A DNA stretch of 64,000 nt from Azolla caroliniana (GCA_043228905.1 JBHGNT010000003.1:9424001-9488000); one strand, 5' to 3'. Positions 26,601 through 41,260 are shown, counted from the first letter of the stretch. Numbers and translations are program-made. Notes: generated from the sequence alone by a model not told the origin.

Positions 26601-29600
26601 AACGCAAGACACCCAACGAATTCCTGGATCGCGATTGTAAGCGACAACATCCTTTTTGCCTATTCTGCAAAAAGAAGGGTCATGCAAAATATCAATGTCG
26701 AAAGCTCCAACGGAAAGAGCACAACAACAAAGCTGAAGCTGCAGACCAGAAAGGTCAGATTCCTAATGTCCTTCAGGTCTATACACATCATTTAAGTAAT
26801 TGTCAATGTTCTTTCCCTCACTATGTATTGGGTCCCAATGATTTACTACGTGCAAACGGGTATATCAATGGATCTCCCGTACAATTTTTATTTGATTCGG
26901 GAAGCTCACACAATTTTGTGCATGATCGTTTGGTTCAGATATGGGGAATCCAACCCACCGTAAGTGATCACACCTACACGGTGCACTTGGCTAATGGAAG
27001 AGTACAATACATCAACGGGGCGATTCATTCATTAGGAATTTCTATTGATACTTATATAGAGGAAGTAGACTTCCATGTAATGAATCTTTGTACCACCGAT
27101 GTAATACTGGGTTATCCCTAGTTTTATAATAAAAACTCTTCTTTATTTATTGATTGGGTTCGCCATTCCATTTCTTTTGTACTAAACGATTGTACGCATT
27201 TTATTCAATGTTTAAAAAAACAATCCTTCTCGATTGTTTCCTCGTGTCCATCAATATCCGAGTTGTCTTGTTCTACGTTATTTTATTGTGTACTTGATCC
27301 GGACATTCAAGTTTACAATATCGATAATGTCCCGGTTCAATTAATATATTTTGAACAACAACAACTTGATGAAATCTTAAATGATTTTCATGATGTTTTT
27401 CCAAGTGAACTACCTGATGGGTTACCTCCTAAACGTAATATAGACCATCGTATAGATATTGTACCTAGTGTTGCACCAATAAGTATACCTCCCTATCGCT
27501 TAAGTCGATCTGAAGAAGATGAGGTATCTAAGCAACTCAAGGACTATTTACGAATGGGTTATATACGTTATAGTAAATCTCCATGGGGTGCACCAGTTCT
27601 CTTGGTTAAAAAGAAAGAGGGCACATGGCGTATGTGTATTAATTACCGACGCTTCAATAAAGTGACGATCAAGAATTCGTACCCATTGCCCCGTACTAGC
27701 TACCATCAAATACGAATAAGTGAGGACGATGTTCCTAAAACGACATTTCGTACGCGTTATGGTCATTACGAGTTTTTGGTTATGCCTTTTGGTTTGACCA
27801 ATGCTCCGGCTACTTTTCAACAAGAAATGAATGACATTTTTCGAGAACAACTTGGAAAATTTGTCGTTATTTTCTTGGATGATATTTTAGTTTATAGCTG
27901 TACATTACAAGAACATGCTAGACATGTCCGCTTTGTTTTACAAACATTGCGTGACAAACAGTTTTATGCAAATATCTCAAAATGAGAGTTCTTCAAGAAA
28001 TCAATTACTTATCTTGGACATCTCATAACCGAACGAGGAGTTGAAATTGATCCTTCTCGCATTGCGAAAATCAAGCTTTGGCCCACTCTTCGGAATATTC
28101 GAGAAGTTCGATCATTCCTTGGTTTTGTCGGGTTTTTGCGAAAGTCTCTTCGTAATTACTCCCAATTGACGACGTCGTTTACTGATCTTTTAAAAGGTCC
28201 AACACGTAAGTCTCCAAACCTATTGTGTGGAATGCTACACTAGACCTCGCCTTTAAGGAACTCAAGGACCTGGTTTGCAAGGCTCCTTCACTTCTTTTAC
28301 CTGATCCTTCAAAACCTTTTGAGGTTGAAACCGATGCAAGCGATTATGCTATAGGTGTTGTCTTGTATCAAGATGGTAAACCAATAGCATTCGAGAGTAA
28401 GAAACTTGATTCTGCTCAATGTCGGTATACCGTTCAAGAAAAGGAATTATTTGCAATTATACATGCGCTCAAAACATGGCGCAATTATCTTTATGGAAAT
28501 CGCTTTGTGGTAACTACGGACCACGAGTCCTTGAAATATTTTTGTGACCAACAAGACCTGAAAGGTCGTAAGGCACGATGGGCTGATCTCATCCAGGACT
28601 TTGATTTTTCTATACGATATCGTAAAGGTTCCATGAACACTGTCGCTGATGCACTAAGTCGCATCCGTGAAGTTAACATGCTTAGCTTCAATGAAATAAC
28701 ATCAGATCTTTATGATCACCTTCGAGGAAAGTATCCTGATGATAGTTATTTTGCAAAGTACTGGGCAAGAGTTGAGTCTGGAAAGGACACCACCACATCC
28801 TCGAAGGAATACTTCCACATTGCTAACGGTTTGCTCTACCGTAATGGGAAGGTTTGTGTTCCAGATTTACCCGAGGTCAAAAAGAGGATTCTTTTTGAAT
28901 TCCATGATGCACCCTCAGCAGGGCACCCTGGAATACATCGTACACTCGTTCTCATCTCCACTCAATTTTATTGGCCTAAGATGCGTCCTGACATACATAG
29001 CTATGTGAGTAAATGTCACCAGTGTCAGGTTAACAAAGCCGAGCGACTTCAAGCCGCAAGACTTTTACATCCCTTGGACATTCCCAATAATAAGTGGGAA
29101 AGTATATCCATGGATTTTATTGTTAGCCTTCCTCGCACCCAAAAAGGTCATGATGCCATCTGGGTTGTCGTTGATCGACTAACTAAAATGGCCAGATTTA
29201 TTGCTACTAAAACCACGGTAACAGCTCTAGAATTGGCTTACCAATTCGTTGACGAATTGTTTCGTTTTTATGGGTTACCGATGGATATCGTGAGTGATCG
29301 AGATCCAAAGTTTACTAGTGACTTTTGGATGCAAGTCTTTAAGAAGTTAGAAACTACATTGAGCATGAGCTCCACGGATCATCCTCAATCTGATGGATAG
29401 ACAGAACGAGTAAATCAAATTATTGAGGACATACTTTGAGCCTACGTTGGTGCAAAACCAACAAAATGGGAACGTTATCTCCCAATTTTGGAGTTTGCTT
29501 ATAACAGCTCCAAGCATACGTCGACGGGATATAGTCCTTTTATGTTGATGTATGGTTTTCAGCCACGAGCCCCGATTGATGTTAATATACATCATGATGA

Positions 29601-30634
29601 GTTGCGAAGTACGCAAAACTTTCTTCAGGATATGCAAGATATGTTGCATATTGCACGAGATAATATAAAAACAGCTCAAGATAGAGCGCGTTTTTATGCC
29701 GATCATCATAGGCAACCTCGTGTATTCAACCCTGGACAGAAGGTATTTTTACGTGTACCTCACAATTCTAAGACATTGTCTACGGGTAAGTGTGCTAAGT
29801 TAGCCCCACAGTTTTGTGGACCTTTTACAATCCTCAAACGCATTGGGTCATCAGCCTATCGTCTAGCTCTTCCCGATGGTGTTGGAATTCATCCAGTCTT
29901 CCATGTGAGTCGTCTAAAAGAACTTCTAGGTTCTGGCGACAATATAGTTACAACTGAAACTCTGGTTACTTTTGAAGAATTATCTTCTAAACCACATGTA
30001 CCAGAAAGAATTCTCGATGTTAAAACAAAAAAAATTACGTACTAAAGAAATCCGAGAATTGAAAATAAAATGGATGGATAAATCAATCAAAGATGCCACA
30101 TGGGAACGCGAAAATACTCTTAGAACTAACTTCCCTAACTTTCCATTGCAAGAGTGCAATGTTTTAAAGAGGGGGAGTATGTTACGGGCATGACCATATA
30201 ATATCCCGTGGTGAGAATTTACCGTAGTATTCTATACACGTGGATAAGTGTGAGGGTTAAACAAGAGTGTAAAGAAGGGGAGGATTACTTTTAATCCTCG
30301 GGATTGAGACAACCCATTAGGTCAAGTGTGAACTTGCCTGGGGGCCTTGGGTATCACTATAAATAAGAGGCCTAGCTACCCTCATTTCATCATCTTTTGA
30401 CTACATCGAGACTCTGCTCTTGTGGTGGGTCAACTCTTGTAGCGAGTGCGCCAGCACCAGGTACGACTCGACGCCACGACGGTGGTATGGGACGCCGATC
30501 GAGGCTCGAGTCCGTCTCGATCCCTTCACTCGGGGGTGGTCGGGTGGATCGGCACCCTTCTTTCTCTTTCTCCTTTCTATCTAGCATTTGTTTATCCTTA
30601 TCTTAAGCTTACTTTAGTACTTAGATCTCTAATA
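23699..30634 (+). mobile_element. Ty3/Gypsy chromovirus (Reina/Tekay-like), nested in an LTR
   Basis: LTRs 23699-24153 and 30180-30634 (455 bp), TSD GAAGG, PBS TGGTATCA, PPT AAGAGGGGGAG, and a C-terminal chromodomain-like IKW..DATWE. Confidence 0.96.
25820..30193 (+). pseudogene. gag-pol: gag-pol of the nested chromovirus, disrupted
   Basis: Gag with CLFCKKKGHAKYQC in frame with LFDSGSSHNF, then FLDD, ETDASD, HHCC and SMDF..DRD..E, broken by stops and frameshifts. Confidence 0.93.
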
Positions 30635-31214
30635 GAAGGGGAGAAAACTGAGAAGAATATTGCGTTTTGGCAAGGACGAGGTGTTGTTGGACTAGGAACC
30701 AACCTCTCTTCTCCTTTATCGTTGTTCACTGCGGGTATTGGGTCGGTTGCCTCTGCTTCGAGGAAAGCCTGAGTGCTTCTGGCAAAGGCTCCACTGTGTG
30801 CGTGCGTGGGTGTGTGGTCGCATGTGTTGGGTCTCTTGCCAGCTTGCCAGTTGTAATCTTGCAAACGTTGTAATCTTTCTTATTATTGGAATTGATTCTC
30901 CTGTTTTCCGTCTCTCTGTGTTTCTATAAGTCTCTTGTTACGTCTTCTGGTGAGCGTGCATCTTGACCGATCGATGTACGCATTCGCGATTCAGTCAGCC
31001 AATAAGCATTGTCGGTTGTTATCAGGCCTAACCGCCTCTACACCTACGTACTTCTCCCTCCCTCTTCTTTCTCTTGCTCCTTGGTCCAGGGCCCCCGCGG
31101 TTCCGCCTTATTTTCCTACGCGTGAGCGGAACAACACGACATTAATTTGGTGAACCCGATGTGAAACAAGGCGGCAGAGGAGTCGAAGATGAGGGCATCG
31201 GAGCTTACGAAAGC

Positions 31215-34200
31215 CATGGCGGCAGCCGTTGATCGGATAGTAAGTGCACAAGTGCCCTAGATAGGGCCATTGAAGTGATTGTCGACGTAATAGGCCGGTT
31301 CGGTGGGAAGGACACCACAAGCTATTTGGAGGCATACCGAGCCGAGATGGTGATGAGGGACAATCTAGAGGACATGCGTCTGGTCGGATTCCCTCGGGTG
31401 GCGACACCGAGCATCCACGCAAAAGTGCTCGAGGTACAGGCTGGATGCCCTACCTGGGGAGAATTCGAAGTGCGGCTCTTGGAGTGGGTGGAGACCCTTG
31501 GGAAGGGGAGGAACGCATCAGCGCTCCTTCGGGAGTTTGAGGAACGCTTCACTCGGCTCTTACCGTTGGACAGGACCGTACTAGACACGAGTCATGTCCT
31601 GTTATTCGTAAAAGCAGTGGACGAGCGGGATCGGGAGCACGTGGGTCTCCTGCTGGAGACAGATGACAGACTAACGGCCGACTGTGTCGTGGTAAAAAGA
31701 TTCTGCAACCGTTTCGACAAATGGCGCGAGTGGTGCGACGAGGGTTCGTCGACATCTGGACCGGTTGTGGCAAGAAAGCTTGAGGAGCCGTTCGCGGCGC
31801 GAAGGGAGGAGACCTGAAGTTGGCTCAAGTCGAGCTCGGCCCCAACCAGTGTAGCGAAGGGCCCGTCTAGTGGAGCGGTTCTGGAAGAACTGGCGCAGAT
31901 GGTGCGTGACCTTCAAATCGCGCAGGCCTTGAGAGATAGTGGAGGGTAGCCACACGACCAACGGCCTCCTGCCAGACAACGGTGTATGTGGTGTGACTTA
32001 GTCAGACACAGTCGGTGAGACTGCGTGGAGTTTGCAGAAGCACTCAGAAGTAATGTGGTATACCTGTGGAATAGGCGCGTGCATGCTAGTGATACCCGGA
32101 GAGCCCTAGAAATGAAAATCGAGTGCGGCGGAATGAAGCGGTTGATGGAAGAAGCGGCGGCGCGCCATGCGGAGGTCGTCCACTACTCGGCGTCGGCAGG
32201 AATCCGGATCGGAAGCGACAAAGGACGAAAGGTGAAAGACTCTGGATTCTGGTCGTTGGTGCAAGAAGGCCTCACCGGCATACAACTAAGGAAGAAGTGA
32301 ACTGTGCGGACAAGCGGGTCCGGGAGGTCACCGGATGGGACGACCCAATTTAGGAGAAGACCAGTTTTGTGGAAGCCGCATGCCAGAACTACGAAGTTCT
32401 GGTGGAGGAAAAGGCCGGAGGTGCCGGACCGTCGCAACGGTATGAGACCCGGTTGGGGTCGAAGTAGAATGATGCCGGTAACCCCAGCGTGCCGGATGGA
32501 ACGAAGAAGGCTAGTTACTGGCTGAGCACGGAGATAGAGAGATCGACGGACCTGCGAAATGTCCTAGAAGAACAAATCCTCGATAGCAAGGTGGAGTTAT
32601 CGCTAAGGGAGGTGCTCGAAATCGCAAAGAAGGAGTTCCACGATTCCATCGTGGACTTGGTGAAGCGGAAATGGCTCTTGACAGAGCCGGAACCGGAGAA
32701 GCCCGTGGGGGGTGCGGATGACGCACCTAGAAGACATGGCCCTCGAGGACGAGTTGTCCGAGAGCCACTACTCGAGGTTGCACTGGACAAGAGCCACTAT
32801 GGAGACCCTCATTCGGATCGAGGACGTTCAGGAGCCGGTGGTGGCATTGATAGACCACAGATCTGAAATCAACCTGATGTCCATGGAATTTTATACGAAG
32901 GGGAAGTGGCCAATCAACACCACCCAGGGCTGGAAAATACACGTGGCGACACGCACTACGGAAAAGCTGCATGAGACATGCCGGAATATAGCGTAAGGAT
33001 TGGAGATGTCGAGATTGATCAGCACTTCTTCGTGCAAGTGACATCCTCGTACCTGGTGATACTCGGTGAACCGTACATTACAGCAGCACGCATGGAGACA
33101 AAGGTGCTGGATAATGGTTCGGCATACGCACGCGTGAAAAGCCAAGATGGGCGAAACTCCGTCCAATTTTTGACAGTGCGACGGAACCATGAGCGAAACC
33201 GCGAGACCCTCGGCAGCAATAGCCAAGGGGATTTTTAGAGAGGGCTATCAAGGCATGGGGCCGCGGTAGTCCAGACACTCTAGAAGAACCCCACACGTGT
33301 ACAGTAGGAAGGAAGTTTTGTACTATAGGTAGGAAGTTTTGGGTCTCCGACAACAGAGGTTGTACGATAGCCGGCGTCGATGGCCGGGAAAAGAAGAGGA
33401 CTTAGGAGCGTTTCAGAGAGTGCGGAGTCCTCAGCCCCGACGAAGAAATTAGCGGCTCTCTGCAGGCGGTCTCTTTCGACGACATCCTCGAGGAAATGGG
33501 AAAGGTGATTGAAGAAGGCCTCAGTGAACACAGTGTGATTCCGGTTAACATGGTGGAAGTGTACGAAGTCATTGCCGACTTCGGGGAAAGGGTCGAGTTG
33601 GATCGGACTGCCCGCGTGGATACGAGGTACAAGACTGTGGACCGGAAGGTGAGGCCAGTCACGGCACCCTTGCTTGAGGGCAGCGAGGAACGAATGAAAA
33701 GGGGTCGCGTGGGACCCAAGTTTACGGAATCCGGCTGGCATAGGACACCAGTTCACCGACAAAACGCTACAGGAGCTCAAGATCGATGGGGGTGGCTTTC
33801 TACTGCCGGCAGAGGAGAGTGGTTTCGGAGGATGCTCGTAAAGCACGGGAAAGCCATCGTATTCTCACTAGGGGAGATCGGGTGCGTAGACCCGACGATC
33901 ATTAAACCGATGGTTATCTTCACGGTACCGCATGTGCCGTGGAATCTCAAGCCAATTCCCATACCTAGAGCTCACATCCTGAAGTTGATGGACCTGCTGA
34001 ACCAGATTGTGGAGATGGTTATCCTAGAGCCGTTGAGTGCCCCATATTCGAATCGGTGGTTTACCATGCCGAAGAAGAATGACATGTTGCGCTTTATTCA
34101 GGACCTGCAACCGGTCAACATGGTGACCATTCGGAACGCAGGTATCAGACTGACCATTGACGAGTTTGCGGAGGCCTTCGCCTGAAGGTCGATCTATTCG

Positions 34201-37200
34201 GTTAGTGATCTATACTCAGGGTATGACCAATTCCAACTAGCCGTGGAGAGTAGGGATATCACGACGATGCAGACTCCTCTCGGCATAGTGCGGATGTGTA
34301 CCCTTCCGCAAGGAGGGACCAACTCGGTGGTGCACATGGTGAATGCGATGAACAAACTGCTGAGGGACTGCATTCCGAACATCACCATGCCGTTCTTGGA
34401 CGACATCCCGATCAAAGGGTGTCCGGTGGAGGATAAGGATGAGTCGGTTGGACTGGAGGGATGCCGGAGATTCGTGGCGGACCACATCAAGGACTGTGAG
34501 AAGGTGCTACGGAGACTCGAGAGCATGCAGCTCACCTTCTCCGGAGAGAAATCGACTTTCGGGAAGTCAAAGATCATGGTCGTCGGTCACTTGTGTGGGC
34601 GTTATGGTCGGAAACCGTCCCCGGCAAAGGTAGAGGCCATCTCCGCAATGAAGGAAGACTCCAAGTTGGTTACGAACGTCCGGAGGTTCTTGGCCACATA
34701 CACGTTCTACCACATCTGGATACTGCACTACGCCCACGTCACAGAGCCGCTCTACTGGTTGTTGAAGAAAGGGTGCAAGTTCAAGTGGAGCGGGAAACAT
34801 ACGGAGTCGGTCCGTAGATTGAAAGAAGCTCTTGCCGCGGCACCGGCACTCCGGAAAGCGATTTACGGCAAGGACATTCCAATCTACGTGATGGTAGACA
34901 TGAGCCCGACCAGGATAGGATGGGTGATCAACCAAGAGGATGAGTGTGCCGCGAGGTTCCCCATCCGGTTCGGAGCAAAGGTACTTAGTGAGCGACAGAG
35001 AGGATACGCCCATGTTAAACGCGAACTCTAGGTATCGTTTCAGCGGTCAAGGCCGACAAGGACTACTTGATCGGGACGGAGGTGATAATGGAGACAGACT
35101 GCCTACCGATCCTCGCTATGGTTTCCGGATGCACGGTGAAGATCGGGTGATTCCGGTTAACTTGGTGGAGATGTACGAAGTCATTCCCGACTTCGGGGAA
35201 AGGGTCGGGTTCGATCGGACTGCCCGCGTCGATACGAGGTACAAGACTGTGGACCGGAAGGTGAGGCCAGTCACGGCACCCTTGCTGGAGGGCAGCGAGG
35301 AACAAATGAAAGGGGTCACGTGGGACCCAAGTTTACGGAATCCGGCTGGCATAGGACACCGGTTCACCGACAAAACGCTACCGAAGGTCAAGATCGGTGG
35401 GGGTAGCTTTCTACTGCCGGCGGAGGAAGAGCGGTTTCGGAGGATGCTCGGAAGGCACAGGAAAGCCATCGCATTCTCACTAGGGGAGATCGAGTGCGTA
35501 GACCCGACGATCATTAAACCGATGGTTATCTTCACGGTACCGCATGTGCCGTGGAATCTCAAGCCGTTTCCCGTACCTAGAGCTCACATCCCGAAGTTGA
35601 TAGAGCTCCTAAACCAGAAGGTGGAGATGGGCATCCTCGAGCCGTTGAGTGCCCCATATTCGAATCGGTGGTTTACCATGCGGAAGAAGAATGGCACGTT
35701 GCGCTTTATTCAAGACCTGCAACCGGTCAACAAGGTGACCATCCGGAACACAAGTATCAGACCAACCATTGACGAGTTTGCGGAGGACTTCGTCGGAAGG
35801 TCGATCTATTTGGTCAGTGATCTATACTCAGGGTATGACCAGTTCCAACTAGCCGTGAAGAGCAGGGATATCACGATGATGCGGACTCCTCTCGGCATAA
35901 TGCGAATGTGTACCCTTCCGCAAGGAGGGACCAACTCGGTGGTGCACATGGTGAATGCGATGAACAAACTGCTGAGGGACTGCATTCCGAACATCACCAT
36001 GCCGTTCTTGGACGACATCCCGATCAAAGGGTGTCCGGTGGAGGATAAGGATGAGTCGGTTGGGCTGGAGGGATGACGGAGATTAGTGGCGGACCACATC
36101 AACGACTGTGAGAAGGTGCTACGGAGACTCGAGAGCATGCAGCTTACCTTGTCCGGAGAGAAATCGGCTTTCGGGCAGTCAGAGATCATGGTTTTCGGTC
36201 ACCTGTGTGGGCCTTATGGTCGGAAACCGTGCCCGGCAAAGGTAGAGGCCATCTCCGCAATGAAGGAAAACTCCAAGTCGGTTACGGACGTTCGGAGGTT
36301 CTTGGGCACATACGCGTTCTACCACATCTAGATACCACACTATGCCCATGTCACAGAACCGCTCTACGGGTCGTTGAAGAAAGGGTGCAAGTTCAAGTGG
36401 AGCGGGGAACATACGGAGTCGGTCCGTAGATTGAAAGAAGCTCTTGTCGCGGCACCGGCACAGCGGAAAGCGGTTTACGGCAAGGACATTCCAATCTACG
36501 TGATGGTAGACACAAGCCCAACCGGGATAGGATGGGTGATCAACCAAGAGGATGAGTGTGCCGCGAGGTTCGCCATCCGGTTCGGAACAAAGGTACTTAG
36601 TGAGCGACAGAGACGATACACCCAAGTTAAACGCGAACTCTGGGGTATCGTTTCGGCGATCAAGGCCCACAAGGACTACTTGATCGGGACGGAGGTGATA
36701 ATCGAGACGGACTGCCTACCGATCCTCAGTATGGTTTCCAAATGCGCAATGTTGGACCTGGAGATGCTTAGGTGGATAGCGTACATTAAGTCCCCGAATC
36801 CGGAGATATGGCACATCTCTAGGAAGGACAACGCCATGGCCGACATGCTTTCAAGAGCGCGGTTTGATGACAAAGACCGCATGGTTTCGGAGGACAAGGA
36901 AGTGGACGTGGACTTCCTCAAGTCAGCTTACGTGACGACGAGGGAAAGGAGCACTCCGGCGTTTAATGAGTTTGACGAGGGCGAGTACGACGGGGAACGG
37001 CTCTAGATCGGTAGGTTCCTGAAAATGATGCGCCGAACGCAACATGGATGAGGGAATGTAGAGTAATCGACGCTCCGATTAACCTTCACCACTCGGCCAC
37101 AACCGAGTAAGCACGAATCTATGCAGCAGAAAATAGGAACCACAAAGAAAGAACACGAATACACAGGGATTAACGTGGAAAACCCTAGACAGGAAAAAAC

Positions 37201-38847
37201 CACGGGAGTACAAGACTCCAAACCAAACACTATGCACAGAGAAATATACAATGGCGAGCTGCAAGGCGACGACCTTGAGCTCGTTGTCCTCGCCACAGGC
37301 GGCGGAAATACACAGAGGCGTCGACCTCCTCCTCTCTCACGCTCTATCTCTCTCACGGCTGCTCTCTCTTCACTCCTCTTGAGTGGAAAAACAGAAAAAT
37401 GAGTAGCAACATTAAAACTGTTTGCCCTAAGTCATATTTATACACATATGACTTTGGGGCTATTTACAACTATAGCCTCAAGGGCCCTTGGCAAACATAT
37501 TCACAGATATGTCCCCGCATCCGGATCTCGCTCCGGGTACATTCGTCATCCGGCTCCGAAGCCGGGGTCTTCATCATCCGGTTCCGAATCCGAAACCGGG
37601 CTTGTCGGCATTCATCTCCGATATCCGACCATCCCATCCGAAAGGGACCGTAATCCCAACAGGGAAGAGGCTAACTGGATGCGGAAGAAGGCGTACCGAT
37701 TCTTCCTGTGGGACGGGGGCATATGGAGGCACCCGAAGAAGCGAGGCGGCATCCCACTCCGTGTAGTGGCAGGGAAGGAAGAGTGAGAGATGTTGCTAGC
37801 AGCATTCCATGAGAGTCCTTGGGCCGGACACCACGGGACATGGGGCACGTTCGAGAAGCTGAAGGAGAAGTTTTGGTGGCCGAGGCTGTACCAGGACATG
37901 CAACGATTCGTAACAACATGCAAGAGTTGTCAGATGCACTCCGCAATCCGACATCGAGATGAGCTGCACCCATTTCAAGTGGATGGTAGACGTAGTGATG
38001 ATGCCGATGGGGGTAGGGCAGATGCAGTACCTGGTGCTTGCATGGGAGGACTTGACAAATCAGGTGGAGGGCCACACGCTACAAAACAAGACAACCGCGG
38101 TCGTGTGCTGGTTCCTTATTGAAGAGGTAGTATGCCGGTATGGATGTGTGGGGAAGATCATGGCGGACTGAGGGTAGCTCACTCTCACCACGGCGTACAA
38201 TCTAGAGGCCAACGGGAAGGTAGAGCACGGGCACAGACCGATCGTAAAGGCGTTGGTACGGGCATGCGGGGGTCATGTCGGGAATTGGCCGTGGCTCCTA
38301 CTCTACGCATTATGGGCGGGCCGAACTATGCATAGTTCCATAATCGGGTTCATGCCGGCGGCGCTAATGTACAGGCAGAAGTCGATCATGCCCCGTAGAC
38401 TGGAAAGACAAGATGAGCCGGGAAGAGATGTCGGCGGCGCGGATTTGGCAACTTGAACGAAGACCAGATGACGTGGAACGGGCAAAGGCTAAGTTGCACG
38501 CAGCAAGGGTAAAGAACAAGGGCCGGTTCGACTGGACGCATCGGCTACGTTCGAAGAAGATCGAGGAAGGTGATTGGGTGCTGGTTTACGACAGCAGCCT
38601 TGACAACCAGCACAAGGCGATGCAGCAGTTTGCGAGGAGGTGGTTCGGGCCCTACACCATAACGAGCGCAAATGACAACGGTACTTACCATCTTGCGGAG
38701 CTCGACAGGATGCGGATAGCGGTGTCGGTAGCCGGGAAGAGGATCAAGGCCTTCAAGAAGCGTCATGAAGATGAGCCGGACCCGGGAAGTGAGGACGACA
38801 ATGACAACCGGTTCGGAGCGGATGAAATTTCGAAGAACGACAGGTGA
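31215..38847 (+). pseudogene. pol: gag/pol of the Trp-primed Gypsy, fragmented, RT-RH region duplicated
   Basis: ORF fragments 31275, 32712, 33496, 34243, 34940, 36374, 37790 and 38413. Confidence 0.88.
37057..37661 (-). mobile_element. Solo LTR, Copia (Tork-like) family
   Basis: TG..CA termini, TSD GGGAA, and motifs shared with LTR 4590-5116. Confidence 0.92.
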
Positions 38848-40975
38848 ATGCAAGCCAGTTTTCTTCAGCATTTGTCCCTCTCTGGTGCATGCTGGTGGAT
38901 GCGCGGTTTGGTGGGGGTGAATGTCGTGGAGAAAACCGGCCTTAGGTGGAATTAGGGAATTAGGCGCGTGAATCGGCGCTTACGCGTGTGCACGCAAACC
39001 AACACTTTGTGCATAACTAGGAATAGGCCGGCGTAATGTGAATATCCTAGGTAGAATATATGAATAGGTTAGTAAATCGAAGTGGATCTCTGTTTGAAGG
39101 GCCAGAGAATAAAGGTGATGTGACCAAGATGTAACGGTCCATCCCCGGCGGCCTATAAAAGGAAGGGGAGAAGACTGAGAAGAATATCACGTTTTAGCGA
39201 GGACGAGGTGTTGTCAGACTGGGAACCGAGCTCCCTCCTTTATCGTTGTTCACTGTGAGTTTTGGGTCGGTTGCCTCTGCTTCGAGGAAAGCCCGAGATC
39301 TTCCAGCAAAGGCTCCACTATGTGTGTGCGTGGGTGTGTGGTCGCTTGTGTTGGGTCTGTTGCCGGTTGTAATCTTTCTTTTTATTGGAATCCATTCTCT
39401 TGTTTTCCATCTCTCTGTGTTTCTACGTGTCTCTTGTTACGGCGTCCGGTGACCGATCAGTGTACGCGTTCGAAATTCAGTCAACCGGTAAGCGTTGTCG
39501 GTTGTATTCAGGCCTAACTGGCTCTACACCTACGTACTTCTCCCTCCCTCTTCTTTCTCCTGCTCCTCGGTCCCACCTTATTTTCTTACACGTCAGCAGA
39601 ACAACATGACAAGATGGGGGCATTCCAAGAATTGAACTTGGGACCGAGAATCATGCCACTAGACCAAATGCCCTTATCAACCTACTACTTCGTTTTCAAT
39701 TCGAACTCAAACGCCTCTCGACGAGCTTAGGAATTGTAAACTACGACTTCTTTTTGAGTTCGAACTCAAACTCAGCCTGTCGTCGAGGTTAGGAATGTGG
39801 GGGCATTCGGAGAATTAAACTCAGGACCTCTCGCACCCAAAGCGAGAATCATGCAACTAGACCAAATGCCCATGTTAACCTACGACTTTGTTCTCAGTTC
39901 GAACTCAAACGCCTCTCGTCAAGGATACGAATGTGGGGGCATTCCGAGAATGGAACTAGGAATCATGCCACTATGCCAAATGCCCTTGTTAACCTATGAC
40001 TTCGTTTTCAGTTTGAAGTCGAACGCCTCTCATCGAGGTTAGAACGTAGGGGCATTCCAAGAATTGAATTCAAGACCTCTCACAGCCAAAGCTAGAATTA
40101 TGCCACTCGATCAAATGCCCTTGTTAACCTATGACTTCGTTTTCAGTTCGAACTTGAATGCCTCTCATCGAGGTTAGGAACGTGGGGGGGGCATTCCGAG
40201 AATTGAACTCGCGACCTCTCGCACCCAAAACTAGAATCATGCCCCTAGATGAAAAAATGCCCTTGTTTATCTACGACATCGTTTTTAGTTCGAACTCGAA
40301 CACCTCTCGTCGAGATTCGAAAAGTGGGGTATTCTGAGAATTGAACTCGGGACATCTCCCACCAAAAGCAAGAATCATGCTAGTCGACCAAATGCCCTTG
40401 TTAATATACGACTTCATTTTCAGTTAGAACTCCAATGCCTCTCGTCAAGGTTAGGAACGTGGGGGCATTCCAAGAATTGAACTCGGGACCTCTCGCACCC
40501 AAAGTGAGAACCATGCTAGTAGACCAAATGGCATTGTTAAACTACTATTTTGTTTTGAGTTCGAACTGAGCCTCTCCTCAAGGTTAGGAACGTGGGGTTT
40601 TGATTTCGAAGTCAAACACCTCTCATCGAAATTAGCAATTGTTAACCTAATACATAGTTTTGAGTTCGAACTCAAACTCAGCATCTCGTCAAGGTTAGGA
40701 ACATCAGGGCAATCGGAGAATTGAAATCAGGACCTCTCACAGCCAAAGGGAGAATCATTCCACTCAACCAAATGCACTTGTTTACCTACAACTTCGTTAA
40801 GAGTTCTAACTCGAACGCCTGTCGTCGAGGTTTGGAACGTGGGGGCATTCCGAGAATTGAACTCGGCACCTCTCGCACCCGAAGCGAGAATCATGCCACT
40901 TGACCAAATGCACTTGTCGAGGTTTTGAACGTGGGCTCATTCCATGAATTGAACTCGGCACCTCTCGCACCCAAA

Positions 40976-41205
40976 CATATTGTGTTACCGTACAAGATGT
41001 ATGGGTGACTGATAAGCGAGGGTGAACGATGTAATGTATGTGTAATCTTATACTATTATGAGTGTGAATGTAAGTGTGAGTGTGGTGGATACAAAGAGGT
41101 GTGAGTGAGTGACTAGGTGTGAATGCCCAAGGGGCTTGCACCCTTGTGGATCTACCCCTTTGTACCTATTTAACCCCTTATGGGGAATGAATGAAGACAA
41201 TAACC

Positions 41206-41260
<55 letters not shown>

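Larger units (their letters stand above)
23454..39611 (+). mobile_element. Non-chromovirus Ty3/Gypsy element with a tRNA-Trp PBS, decayed, with nested insertions
   Basis: 5' LTR 23454-23698 plus 30640-31141 (split by an insertion) and 3' LTR 38922-39611. PBS TGGTGAACCCGATGTGAA near 31148. RT motifs DLYSGYDQF and PFLDD, then RH and INT. Confidence 0.92.

Noticed and set aside
31100-38900. Numerous overlapping short ORFs on both strands
   Set aside because: These are shadow ORFs of GC-rich decayed pol sequence.
23449-39616. TSD for the Trp-primed Gypsy
   Set aside because: The flanks AAAGT and AGATG do not match, so no TSD is claimed, although both flanks fall at the same position of the array unit.
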